DNA of 62,917 bases, filler included, from Octopus bimaculoides (lineage: Eukaryota): NCBI RefSeq assembly GCF_001194135.2. It is 5 parts of 4 records of this genome, joined end to end, with 100 filler letters (N's around TTAATTAATTAA, not from the genome) between each part and the next. Parts side by side here need not be neighbours in the genome. Positions count along the whole stretch, not along the records: positions 1 to 18,763 come from NC_068982.1; 4 more parts are not named here. One strand, 5' to 3'. Position 1 is the stretch's first letter, and the number at the start of each line of letters is the position of its first letter. Shown one piece after another: positions 1 through 13,750 of the stretch. The notes beneath the pieces are model-generated. The model saw nothing but the letters and a program-made list of their open reading frames with translations, made no database searches and was not told the DNA's origin. The translations under genes were made by a program, and so were the position numbers.

Positions 1-3000
1 TATATGTATGTATATATATATAAGTGTGTGCTTGAGTGTGAACTTTTGTACAAATAGATTTGTGCTTGCATTTGCTTAAATGTGCATATGTGCACGGATA
101 TATTGTAGTCTCCATCTAACATATTGTAAGATTAGCACAGATCTAAAAGTATTTCGATGGATTACCTTTTAGCTACGGGGTCCGGTGCTTCATTCGAACA
201 TAGTATATCTATGACTACATAATGGAATGTGTCATTTCTTTTCTTTTATTCAAATGTAAAGCATTTTAAGGGAGAATTAGCTGTTATTTCCATCTGACAG
301 TGATTTCGTAGTTGGCGCGTTAAAAACGTTTCTGTATGCCACAAATGAACTGACCCAAATATACCTGTGTGCAAGTATATATACATATATAAATATAGAT
401 ATTTATACACGCATATGTATAATGTATGCGTTTTGTTTATGTATATGAGTTATTAAGACTTTATACGTGTGTATTAGTGTATGTAAGAAAAGATGTATAC
501 ATATGTATAGATCAGCGTGTCAATGAGAATAGAGTTAGCAAGTATTAATATCAACAGCATTAGTAGCTTCCATTGATAACTTGGCATTCTTAGAAATCAT
601 CTGTGATTCTGTTGCAGCTTACATTTTCTTCTAAAATTCTACAATGTACTCCAGTATATGTTGACTATAGTCTTTACCTGTTATATTTACCATCAACAAT
701 TGTTAGAGAAAAACATTTTATATGTGTGCCATGAGGAGTGTTTTGAATTTCAATACAATAAGCCAATTTTCAACGATATAAAGCTAAATTCCAATGTTTC
801 TATGCCTTAGAGAATATTGTGGTATGGTGAATTGTAAAAATACCGTAACATTTCCAAAACCCTGTCTGAGTTATTATTGTATATAGTAATAATGAGTTGT
901 CTTGCAAACTCAGAGTAATGCAGATAAACACAACGTTTTTTGGAACATTTAACTTTATAAGAGAACAGAGGAGCGTCAGAACTGTTAAAGTGATAGGCAA
1001 AGTTATTTGCGGTATTTAAAGCAGAGTTCAAATTCCATTGAAGTCAAATATGCTTTAAGTTCCACAATCGATAAAATAACTTACCAGTAAAAATGTAGAT
1101 GTTGTACAACCGACTATAATCACACCCAAAATTTAGGACTTTGTGCCTATGTTAGGAATCAATATCTAACTTTCAAATGTTCATTTATAACAATGACATT
1201 ATGCCAAACCGTTTGGGGCATAGTCGATTAAATCAACGTCTCCACCGAAACCCTATTTCAGAGATTCCAGAAGGAATGAAAGGTTGTACTGGGAACGAAG
1301 AGCACTCTAAATGTTTATGAAAATCTAACAAAATTTTATAGTTGAAGCTTACTTGACACAAAATTGATTCCTCGACCTGCAAGAACAGTCAAACGATAAA
1401 AACATTTAACCCCTTGGCTGTAAAAACCACTTCAGGGATCGCCAATTTTACAATAAAAATTTTGTTTCATGAATGTGTGAGAGGGTGAAGAACAGTGCCT
1501 ATGAATATGTATTAAGCCAGATAATGTTCAACTTCAATTTCAGCAGGATTATAGCGATACGAAAAAGATAAACACAGGAAGAATTCTAGAGAGGGGTATT
1601 TATAATAGTTCATTATTGGGGAGAAGTAGTTAGAATAGGAGTTTCGAACAGGTAGAAATAACGAGGTAAAGAGAGAAGGGGTGACATGTGCATCTGTCAA
1701 GTAGATTAGTTGTGAATATTGTCCGCACCTCTTTAATTCATAAACCGAGAACCATTACTGTATCGATAACACGGCCAGACAAAGCAAAGAGTATTCATGA
1801 GCATGTAGTTATAGCATAGTGGGATGGGGATGGGTTGAGATATACATTGGTGTGGATAGTATGAATGAATGTAGCACAGTACAAGTGAATCACACTTGAG
1901 TCTGGTTGAGAATCATAAGATGATCAAATGGTGGGTATATTTGAATTAGCTGAACGTGTGTGGTTAGTGGTAACATTGTAACGATAGGAGAGTATGGCAG
2001 GCATAACCAAAGTTTATGGCGTGATTTACAGGAATTTTTTGAATGTTTGCAAGGATATGCCGCCTTTACTATCTAGCATATTACAAATATAAAGCCTAAC
2101 CACCTTATTTTCGTAGAAAAATAATGCATAATACAGAACATATCTCATAGGCAGTCAAAAGACCGTATTATAGTCTTCATGAGTTTCCTCTTATTTTTCC
2201 TGCGCAAGAAGAGCATAGAACGAATGTATTTGCATCGTTCTTAATGTCACAGCTAGGCTTTGTAATATTTATGGTTAGGGTAGTTGTTATTTAAATCAAT
2301 CACAATACTGAACTTAGCTGAAATGACTAGGCTAATTTGCATATTGTATATTGCTAGCCGGCATGATTAAATAATTGACACTGTATGTACCAACGGTATG
2401 TGTTGGAAAATTTCAGGTAAGTCTAATGTTTATGTATATGTTTGTGTGAGTATGCGTGGGAGTGTATGTGTAATACTATTATACATTACATAAAATTTAC
2501 ATTCCTACATCTTTTAATTTTTTCCTGTTATACACAAATTTTATATTTTCTCATTGTTATCGTTATATAGTTTACATAGTTTATACACAGCTCAGATTAA
2601 GTTATGTAGACGAGAAAAAAACTACTACTACCATTTTTTATCTCAGGTCCAGCAGATCGATAAATTTATTAGTTTTCTATTGCAGCGTGATTTTACGTAG
2701 ATTTTATTGATATGTCTTTTTGGTATACATCATTAATGCTTAAGTACACTAGGTGCTCATGAAAGAAACGTTTCAAATCTTGCTCATAGCTTTCTATTGA
2801 TTAGTTTGTTCGCAGAAAAGAATTGTTTTCCTGTATTTAATCCGTTTCTATCTTGATATTTGCGAGAAAAGGAAGAGAAAATGTATGCAAACTAACCACT
2901 TTGTGTAAGCAAATTCGTACTCATTACTCATTAACATAATTGAATGCATGAGAGGAAAACAATGCATTTTCTATCTCCCTTTCGATTGGGAATTGTGTGC

Positions 3001-3763
3001 GTGTACCGTGTGTACGTAGGTTTGTTATAAGGCAGAATCATAAAACGTACAAGCTAAATTGACGGTAATCAATTTTGGAGAGCCGGTTTCAGCCCACTCC
3101 TACAATAATTTCTACACCCCGGTAACAAATGGATATTGCAACATCTCAACACACCATCACTTGCAATGTTTTTGATATTAGATATCAAATGTGCATAACT
3201 ATGTGTGTGTGTACAAGGAAAATGTTGCCTATGACTTCGAAGTTTCACAGAGCCAGTATTCAAAGATAGTCTAGTGAGGGCTGCTAAACTAAAACTTCGA
3301 AATCATTGTCAACGTTTTCCTTTCAAAAATATCCAATTATATACTGTGCAAAAAAGTACTTCGGCTTAAAGTTATATTGTTCCTAGCTGTAACTTCACAT
3401 AAAACATACCTACATGGTGATTGCTCCATCCTCACAGATGATTACCGTTTCCTTGTACTTACTCGTTAACATTTCGGACTTTCCATACATCTGAAATTTT
3501 TTTGTAGTATAGGTTACAGGCAAAAGTTGTTACTTACTGTGCGCTACCAACTGGATAGGTCTGCACACGTCAAATTCTTTTCTCGTCACACGACTTTCAG
3601 TAGAGGGAGTGACAAATAAGCTCATCATAAAGACATACAAGTACGTAATTGCATTACATATATATATATATATATGTATGTATATATANNNNNNNNNNNN
3701 NNNNNNNNNNNNNNNNNNNNNNNNNNNNNATATATATATATATATATATATATAATACATACA

Positions 3764-3795
<32 letters not shown>

Positions 3796-5459
3796 CGTTT
3801 GTACTATATGAGTTTCTGTGATTTGTATCAAGTGGTAGGCCAAAGTGAGATGACCAGTAATGACGTAAGACCTCAGGCTTTACATCTGAGAGTCCTTCAA
3901 CAAGAAAGATGTGGCAAAATATAGCGGTCCCTAATCCCTAGTAGATTTACTAACAGATGATACTATAGTGGATCAGAGATCTGGGATCAATAGTGGATAA
4001 GATATGGTACAACACTCCTCAAAAGTATGGAATTTCCTAACCAGTGTCCCACTAGCGAATGGAGTTGAAAGTCATTTCCAGGGCATACGTACATACATGC
4101 ATACATACATACATACAAACATACATACATAAAGGAGCCAGGTTAGAAACCGATTCTTTCTCTATTGACAAGAAATCCTGAAGTAAAACTGAATAATGAC
4201 ATACATACATGCACATTCACGCACACACACACATAAACACGAACACATACATGCATAAATACATATATATATATAGGCATACGTATATGTATATGAGTAT
4301 GTGTGCATGTATATATATACATTTCTATAGGTGTGTTTGTGTTTGGTTGTTTTAGTTTAGTGTTTTTTGTGAGATCTAATTTATTGGATTTATATAACAA
4401 GGTATGAGTAATATGTGAGTAACTTATCGTATAATTGTAAATAAACCAAGCTCATTCAAGACGGTCTAAATGTTCCCCTGATTGATAAATTTGCTGATCA
4501 GGGTATCATATGACATTCTGACGTCCTTCAAAGTAGTCATAAAATACCGTATGCTGTATGTGTCTTTGAGTGTGTGTGCCTGTTTGTGTATTTATTTGGT
4601 TACGGCTTTTGTAAACATGCTCTATTGAAAATTCAAATCCGATCAAGTTTCACATAATTTATTGAATATTTATTTGTGTGCGTTTTGATATTTCCTTACA
4701 CTTTTATTGTTGAAACTTCGAATAATAATAATTCTTCAAGATCCATATCGCGATCAACAATTCTGCGCTTTTACGTCTAATACATCTGGATGAAGTTTGC
4801 TTAGCTGTCAAGTTAGTATTGTATTTTGGATTTTCAATGTTTCTGAACGTGATTGTCAGATGTTAGTTTGCTAGCAGGCTAGTTTAGCCATTCTAGGATT
4901 TTTATTTGTTCATTCAGATTGAATCTCGACATTTGCAGCACTAGATAACATAAAATGTAAAACAACATTTGATGCTTGTCGAAAAGACAACTATCCTGTA
5001 TTAAGTGCTATATGGGAGTTTGTATATGAGTTTCGAAAGAAATTGTCGATATTTTAAACATACTTTATTCTTCCGATCCACACAGATTTTTCTTTTCATC
5101 ATCCTTTTTACGACGACCATCAAATATTAATCAATAGAATATTTATTTGATTAATGTGAAATAAATATTTTTCTGCTGTTGTACGATGCTGAAGTTCGTA
5201 AAAGATGAATATGGGTTTCAAAAATAAAGCTTCTTCTTATATGAGTTTAATATCTAAATAAAATATTATTGCTCCCTACCATGTTCAGAAGCCGTGATAA
5301 AAATCGCGAACCCAACCCTCTTACCTCTTGACAAAATCATAAAAATATAAGATTTGAAGACTTTCCACACCGAACGAATAAGTTACTGGGTTTCAGACTT
5401 GCAGTCTTCTGAATTGTGAATTCATAAATCATTTTAGAAGGTTATATTCACGAAAAATA

Positions 5460-6753
5460 TTGGGTTGGCAACTAAGTTCCCGCCGTTTTTTTAAAATTTG
5501 AATTTTTTAAAAGATTTAATTTAAAATAACAACTAATTAATCAATAATGTATTCACCCTTGTTGTTTACAACTTCTTCCCAACATTCAACAAGATTTTCA
5601 ATACCTCGTTGGTAGAAATCACCCGATTTCGACTCGAAAAATTGATCCAACCAAGCTCTCAATTCTGCATCAGTATTGAAAGAAACTCCGCGCATACCAT
5701 TTGAAAGAGATCGAAAGAGGTGGAAATCCGTTGGTGCCAAATCAAGAGAGTACGGCGGGTATGGCAGCATTTCCCAGCCATGCGTTTGAATGGTTTCCTT
5801 GGTCATATTGGCGATATGAGGGCGGACGTTGTCGTGTAGCAGAACTCCATGCTGCCGATTAGGTCTTTTGTCTTGAAAAGCCGTGTTGAATCGTTTCATC
5901 TGTTGAACATAGAGTTCCGCGTTGACCGTTTGGTTCCTTTCAAGCAGTTCGTAATGGATAATCCCTTCCCAGTCATACCATACGCACAACATCGTTTTAC
6001 GCGGATTAAGATCTTGTTTCACGCGCGGTGTCACTTGTTTACCTGGGCTAAGCCATTCCTTATGCTGCTTCATATTGATGTACAGGCACCATTTTTCGTC
6101 GCCAGTAACGATTCGGTAAAGAAATCGTTGCTTGAGTCCTTGAATTGGGCGGTGACGAGCAAGCAAAACCAGCGGAGATTGTGGCTCGTTGATATTTGCT
6201 GTTGTCACTTAAAGCATGCGGAACTCATGCTCCATATTTCTGAACTTTTCCCATCAAGTGAAGATGATTCTCTATAGAAGTGTGGGAGCATTCCATTTTC
6301 TCTGCCAGTTCCCTTGTCGTTTGACGAGAATTTTCGTGCAAAAGGTGGTTTAATCGCTCTTCATCGAACTCAACTGGACGACCAGAACGAGGTGCACCTT
6401 TGAGGTCAAAATTTCTATTTTCGAACTAGGCATACCAATCACAAGCGGTTCTTTCAGCAATGGCACCCTCCCCATACATAGCACAAATGTTGCTGGGAGC
6501 TTTTGCGGCCTAGGAACCTTGATTAAAAGCAAAAAGAAGGTGTCGAAAATGCTCGTTTTTCTTAACTTGACATTCCATTTTAATGATCTGAAAATAAACA
6601 AAAATTAACTAAAATTAACTAGAAAACAAAAAAAGATTCCAAAATGATTCAAAAATAGAATTCTCGAAAAAAAAAAAAAAGATTCAAAAATTTAAAGACG
6701 CAAGAAATTCCAAAATTTAAAAATAAACGGTGGGAACTTAGTTGCCAACCCAA
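5460..6753 (-). mobile_element. Full-length (1294 bp) mariner DNA transposon, decayed
   Basis: 29-bp TIRs (TTGGGTTGGCAACTAAGTTCCC[G/A]CCGTTT, 1 mismatch) at 5460-5488 and 6725-6753; TA target duplications at 5458-59 and 6754-55; internal transposase with D,D34D triad. Confidence 0.95.
5537..6578 (-). pseudogene. Mariner D,D34D transposase pseudogene
   Basis: Starts MECQVKKNEHFRHLL at 6578; HTH region (RSGRPVEFDEE) has in-frame stops and a frameshift near 6200; the 223-aa ORF holds TGDEKW, HDNVRPH and YSLDLAPTD with exactly 34 residues between D2 and D3. Confidence 0.92.
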
Positions 6754-9032
6754 TACATTGACAATCTCTTGTCTGAGAATTCAGGTCCAAGCTAAATAAG
6801 AAGCCGATATTGTGCGAACTCCTGAAGTGTTCACGTTGTTACCTGATTGCATGACCTGCAAGACATAACACCCAACTCTCGATTAAAGCACACCTCTTTA
6901 GAAAAAGAAAGACGTCAGAAAGTGTAATCTTTAATACTCCTAAAGAGAGTGACAGAAGGTTCATGGTACGAATGCCTTTGATTATAAATGCTTTATCACG
7001 ATTAACTTTAGTGAGAAGCAACAACAAAGCCGTTTGTATTGTATAAAGAAGATTAGATATAAAGTTGACGAAATAAGTTCTCACAAAGCAACGTATGCGA
7101 TCCGGTTCTTGTTTTCCTTACGCTTCGCTAATTTTGGAGGAAATTAGAACACTACCAATATCCGTTTTGCATTTCAAGAATATCAAATTTCTAGCTGGAT
7201 GTTTGATGGTATTTGGTGTTAGGTGTTTCTCAATCTTAAGATATCTTGCTAAGCGTTACCATGCTTGCGCAAATTAAATGTGTCCCCTTTGTAAAGTACT
7301 GGAATTAACTGGTACGCATAGTACAATCAATTATCACTTTTGAGCGAGTATGGTTGAGTTACATGTACTATTGTCTTGCTATTTGTTTTTAGGTACATCG
7401 GAAGTCACGAATAAACATAGACTCCTTCCTACTTCCACTAGCAAAATGTGGCAACTGAAGAGAAAGTGGGGAAGAAAGAGAGATGCATCAGCACTCGGTT
7501 AGTAATGATTACACCTGAATAAACTGGAGCAATGTGAAATGAAGTGCGGCTTGTGATCCAAGAACTGAAATCACGACCTAATAATCATGAGCCGATCACC
7601 CGAAACTTTAGATCATGCACTTTCACAGAAATTGAATATATTGACTTCATCTCACCTGCACAAAATTACTGTATTGTTTAGGCAAAACAAAATCAATATT
7701 ATATGAGTTGTATCTTAGTTTGTAGGCTCATTTACCCTGCAGCATTATTTCGTGTAATGGCAATGGATGCAATCATCCTATTGTATAGTGTGCGTAGCTC
7801 AAGAGAATCGTGTTATTTTGTGTATAGTTTGGTCTAGGTTTCGATTTTTCAATTCCAATACGAGGAACCGTAATTGAATATATGGAAGTTTCTTCTATTC
7901 ACCAAAATCTTATTTAACTCCCAGTGTTCTTGTAGTTGCCTTATATACCAATCTACTTGATAGAATGTTTTGGCCTGGAGGGAATAAAATGTCCATAAAT
8001 TCCATATTATTTACTGTTGTTATTGTTGTTAGGATCATACAATGACGTTGAAGACATTTGGTTTGGTATTTTCATTTTGTGTAGTCATACTTTTTACGCA
8101 GAGTATCACATCATTTTAACATATTCCACGATAAGAGAGAATTCGGTGCATTCTATAATGAATCGGAAAATAATTTTACATTACCTTGCGTGGTGTCACC
8201 GTAGTTACTGATTTCCTGACTCCACTGTCAATTTTGCTATTTATCTCTAAAGTTTCAACAAAATAACGTAGATAATAAAGCTGAGTTGTTAGCAGAAAAC
8301 AAACAGTAGGTGATCAGATCACTTCGTCGACTAGTCAGTATTGGGTAGTGTCTATGGCCAAGATATTAGACGCATGAAGGCTCGTTTGACTGTAAAATAG
8401 ATACTAAGAAAAGAATGTATCTGCTGCCAACTCCTTTCAGGGTAGGTTTGTTTTGTTACAATTTTTTTTATTATTCTACGTAATTCTCTTTTCTTTTATC
8501 ATAGACTTTAAAACTTGCACTCGTTATCACACCATGTCTCTCACCTTCCTTTTTTTGTATTCCTTGATTGCCCCATCCCACAAATTTACTGTTGAATATA
8601 CACGAAGAACAGAAGCGTTTACCATCCATGTATATTCAGTTTTATTTGCGCGACTTAAAGAGTAAAGTCATCATATTCTTTGGTTATTTATTTATGTGCA
8701 CCTAATTTTGTCGAGGCTTTGTACATTTTACGCATAATATTCAATGTATTTTCTTCCTATTATTAACATAGAGATAAGTGATAGTTGTATTTTTTGTTTC
8801 AATTATTTGTCATTTGGTTGGATGGTTAGGAGGGGATCGATCTAGTATTAGTATATAGTCCGTGCTTTGATAGTTTTTACACATGATATGAGATCGTCCT
8901 GCTTCGATAATTTGCTTACACAAGGTACGAGATTGCAAAATATTGCAAACAGTTGTAATACATCAATTATTGGTAGTAATAATCAATACATTTTACAGGG
9001 TCTTACACAGTTATCATCCAGCCTTGCTTGAA

Positions 9033-9112
<80 letters not shown>

Positions 9113-9140
9113 GTTCTTGTTGTTGTTATCATCATTATTA

Positions 9141-9855
9141 AAGTGGTGAACTTTCAGAACTGTTACTGCGCTGAAAGATGCTTAGCGGTATTTCGTCAGT
9201 CTTTAAGTTCAAATTCTGCCGCGGTCGACTTTGCCTGTCATCCTGACGGGGTTGATAAATCAAGTACCAGTGAAATATTGGGGTCAATGTAATCGACTAA
9301 TCCCTTCCCCACAAATTCCAGGCCTTGTGCCTTTAGTAGAAAGGATTAATATTATCATTAAAGCAGTGCGCTGGCAGGATCGGTAGCACGCTGGGAAAAA
9401 TTCTTGGCGTCATTTCTTTTGTCCTTACGTTCTGAATCGATATTCAACCGAGCTCGACTTAGCCTTTCATTCTTTCCGGGTTGATAAAATACGTCCCTGT
9501 TGAGCACTGGGGTCAATGTAACCGAAAACCAACACCAAATTTGAGGCTTCGTGCCTATAATATATAAGGGCTATTATTGTTGTTGTTGTTGTTGTTGCTG
9601 CTTTTGTTGTTGTAATTGTTGTTGTTTTTAGGGGGCGAGCTGGCAGAATCGTTAGCACGCCGCAAAGTGTTTTATGGCATTTCGTCCGTCTTTATGTTCT
9701 AAGTTCAAATGCTACAGAGGCCGACTTCGCCTTTTATCCTTTCGGTGTCAATAAAATATATAATACTAGTTGAGCACTGAGGTGGATGCTACCGACTTCC
9801 CTACCCCTCACAACTGCTGACCTTGTGCCAAAACAAGAAATGATCATTATTATTG
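9141..9855 (+). mobile_element. Three head-to-tail tRNA-derived SINE copies (about 9141-9360, 9361-9575, 9630-9855) with (ATT)n/(GTT)n tails
   Basis: Each repeats the TGGCAGAATCGTTAGC...GTTCAAAT head, GTCGACTTTGCCTTTCATCCTTTCGGGG body and CCTTGTGCC...ATTATT tail. The same family recurs at about 17010-17213(-), 38345-38480, 55230-55350, 56067-56190 and 59650-59790. Confidence 0.75.
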
Positions 9856-10599
9856 TAGTATGTTATTGTATGGGTATTAAAAGGATACCAAATATCGAGT
9901 TTTCCTATTTTTCCTTATGTTACCTGTCAACTCTAAAGGAAATGTATTACACAGAAAGTAGAAGAAAAATTTGGAGCAATCTCACACCTAATTCCAGGTT
10001 ATTTATCAGAATCTTTTAAGTTTCAAATTACACTCCGATAATAACGGGTACAACTTTCACTTTTCTACTCGACATACACAGATTTTTAATATTTCTACTT
10101 TTAAATCAGCTCATTCAAGACCTTTTCTACTACTTTCCAAATTCCTTGTTAAGAATGTTTTCCCTGAAGAAATTGCACCATCAGTTATGAAACATTCTTT
10201 TTTATGTCAGGGATAATGGTATCTGAGGCTGCTCTGTTAAGCTGTTCTGTTCAAAAAGTTGTAAAAAATCTCATATAATTTTTAAGTTCATCTCATATTT
10301 TTTTATAGCTCTTTCAGGTAAATGAATGTGCTACTGACCTGAAATGTTGTATTTGTATTTTTTACAATGTGACCAGTATTAATTCAGACTAACCTTCTAA
10401 TGACATTGCCAGTATCCTTTGTGAATTAACGTTATGCTGAATACGTTCCTCTTGCTGTTTACAGAAGCAGCATTTGTTCATTGAAGCAGTGGGATAAATA
10501 CTCTTACTAAACTTGTGTTTATAGGCTCAGCTACCAACAAATCTCCAGTTTCTCTCTTCAAATCTTATCATCGCAGTCACTCTCACGATGAGTCGGGAT

Positions 10600-11340
10600 T
10601 TTCCATGTTTACGGTGTCACTATGGAATTTCTCATGTTACTTGCATTTATTTTACAGCTTTCTTCCTTTCACAGATTATCCTGCTTTGGGATAATTTCTT
10701 CTTTTCAAGACTCGCACAAATACGTCTTATATCCGTTGCAGTTTGTTTACTTAGCTCTTTGCCCTTCTCAATTCAGTGATATACTCGCATTTATTTTTCA
10801 ATCACCCAACCAGAAATGCTAATATCTCTTCTCCCGCCAACCTTTCTTTTCATATGTAAACGACGGACAAATTTTGGATGAAGAACTACATTCATAGTTG
10901 AAGATCTTCTCGTTTTTCTCTTCATTTCAATATTCCGGCCCCATAACGCATGACGGCAACCGCCCATATTTTGATCAGATTCCTTTTGAATTGAGTTTGG
11001 AGTTCAATACAAATTTTAACTCCTTCATATATATTGCTTTCACGTTTTCCTTAATTTTCTTTGGCATAATATCATCGGGTTCCACTATATCTCGATACTT
11101 GTATCCACAGCAATTAGGTTCTAAGACCCGTTTTTCCGGTAAGTTTTTATTCCATTAAAATTCCCATTTCTTCCTCTTTACAGCACGCTTACATTGAACA
11201 AACTCCATTCTCTTATAATTACGACGCACCTTTACTCTGTTAAAAAGTGAATTGATCTCTTTTTCTTTGCAAATGTCTATAAGAATAGATGATGTAGAGA
11301 ACGTACAGTTTGTCCAAGTTTGTACCCCATGTCGACTTGT
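10600..11340 (-). mobile_element. Degraded R4/Dong-like non-LTR retrotransposon RT fragment
   Basis: Broken minus frames give YKYRDIVEPDDIMPKKIKENVKAIYMKELKFVLNSKLN, WAVAVMRYGAGIL and TMNVVLHPKFVRRLHMKRKVGGR, matching the post-RT region of the copy at 57600-59600. Confidence 0.65.
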
Positions 11341-11430
11341 ATAAGTGTCAATCAGATAGTATGAGCGAGATATAAATAACAAAGGCGAACGAAAGAGGGA
11401 GAGAGTGAGAGAGAGAGAGAGAGAGAAAGG

Positions 11431-11462
<32 letters not shown>

Positions 11463-11797
11463 GAGAGAGAGAAGCAGAGACAGACAAACCGACAGACAGA
11501 GAAGCAGTCACCCTGGACGATACCTTTTTAACGACTAGACTGATTTCCCATACACCAACTAATTCTTATTATTGTGCGTGATGCTAGCGCCCTGAGAATG
11601 TTGATAAGCCTAACTAGGATTATGGAATCATGCGGTAAATATTTTTAAGGTTGGCTCACGCCATGCACAGATTAGACTGTCACCGTTTACAGTTATACAT
11701 TACCAATTACTCAATAATCAGATTATCTTTGGCGCCATTTGAGAGTTTCTTACATCAATTCTCTTTAGTAGAGTGTTATTTGCTTTATATCAGTATA

Positions 11798-12171
11798 GGG
11801 AGGCGCAATGGCCCAGTGGATAGGGCAGCGGACTCGCGGTCATAGGATCGTGGTTTCGATTCCCAGACCGGGTGCTGTGAGTGTTTATTAAGCGAAAACA
11901 CCTAAAGCTCCACGAGGCTCCGGCAGGAGATGGTGGCGAACCCTGCTGTACTCTTTCACCACAACTTTCTTTCACTTTCTGTTGTGCCTGTAATTCAAAG
12001 GGTCAGCCTTGTCACACTGTGTCACGCTGAATCTCCCCGAGAACTACGTTAAGGGTACACGTGTCTGTGGAGTGCTCAGCCACTTGCACGTTAATTTCAC
12101 GAGCAGGCTGTTCCGTTGATCGGATCAACTGGATCCCTCGACGTCGTAAGCGACGGAGTGCCAACAACAAC
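11798..12171 (+). mobile_element. Full-length tRNA-derived SINE
   Basis: A box TGGCCCAGTGG, B box GGTTTCGATTCC, ~165-bp 3' tail shared with the SINE at 21165-21478, ending in (CAA)n. Confidence 0.8.
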
Positions 12172-12767
12172 ATATATCAGTATATTTTTACGGAAAAGTT
12201 ACTTTCTACTAACTGTCATTACATTTCGGCAAGGTACTTTTAGATCATTTCCAAATACTTTCCTTTTGATTCATCTTCGATCCTTCATTATGAAATTTGT
12301 TCCTTGCTCACTCATCCACTCCGGTACACTTCCTTCCAATACATATTCATTACGATAATTCTCTGTTAAGCTGTGTAAAGATTACAGATGTTTTATCCAG
12401 TTGCGCGTGCACATAAACACACACACACACATAAAAACACACACATATATATATATATTCAGGAGTCAACTGAACCAGGTACGTAAATGGTAAAACACCG
12501 GGTCAGGTGAAGAGGGGAGGAAATTGTGTATACTACGAAATAAGAAGAACAAGTGCCTACATACCCGAGTAAAGACAGATAACTGTCCCAGTTGTATATG
12601 GAATTAACTGCTACTGATTGAGTATATTACGAGTCTTAAGGTTGTATTTAGGAACACACACTGCACCAATTGTACTACACTCAATAGACTCCAGGTCTAC
12701 GTTAATAGCATGTTCCGAGTAATGTGAATAATAAATAAATAACAGATGGTTAATGATTCATCCCCTA

Positions 12768-12791
12768 TATAGATAGATAGATAGATAGATT

Positions 12792-12856
<65 letters not shown>

Positions 12857-12885
12857 ATAGATAGATTGATAGATAGATAGATATA
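12768..12885. repeat. (TAGA)n microsatellite
   Basis: Directly visible tetranucleotide run. Confidence 0.95.
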
Positions 12886-13695
12886 CAACGCACTATTCTG
12901 TGTTTTAACACAACCTCCAATTTAATTTGGCGATAAAGATTACCATACGGTGTTAATACTGCTTGTGTTACTATTAGTTATTTTTTAATAATCTCACTGG
13001 ATATTTATGATATCAGTGCCTTAATAATCATTGATACTCTATGTATCGTTGACGGGAGGTTCAGCTGTTAAGTTGCTACTGGACATCTGTTATTAAGGAG
13101 CCCATAGCAGTGCGAACGAAATCACATGGTCTGTCAGTTCCGATGACCGCAGCAAACGGTCCTCGTCTGCCGCGCATCTATATGAGGAGCTCTAAATAAC
13201 ATAGTATTCTGTGCTCTAATACAACCCCCAAGTTAAGTTGGGTATCAAGCTTGCTTTTGTTATCAATACTGCTTCTGTCACTATTATATATATATATATA
13301 TATATAATGCCACACACTAGACTTCCAAATAAACATTTTTACCGAATACGAGGAAAAGCAACTCTTAAAAAAACCCAAACTTTTAAAAAAATTAACTCAA
13401 CTATATATCGAACGATTACACGATTGCTAGAATAATATCTAGCTTTCGATCTTCAGTATAGTACGGTAGAGGTATATAATGCCCTTATCTAAGCATAAAT
13501 GAATAAATATATTCTTAGGAATAAAAAAATGATATATTTTTTCCCTTATGAATTTTTTTTACGCTAGCTTCCTGATAAAATTCTTGTAAAAGATTTTTAT
13601 CCCATTATTGAATTAATTAAATATATATATATATATACACATATATACGTGTGTGTGCGTGTGCGTGTATGTGCGTTTTTGTGTGCTTGTGTGTG

Positions 13696-13750
<55 letters not shown>

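Noticed and set aside
7393-7497. Exon-like segments (7393-7497 +, 3538-3593 -, 23223-23319 -, about 17340-17480 -)
   Set aside because: Overlap repeats, contain stops, or give no recognisable peptide; expected by chance in 63 kb.
11798-11875. tRNA-like sequences with A and B boxes
   Set aside because: They run into SINE bodies and tails and lack a full cloverleaf.
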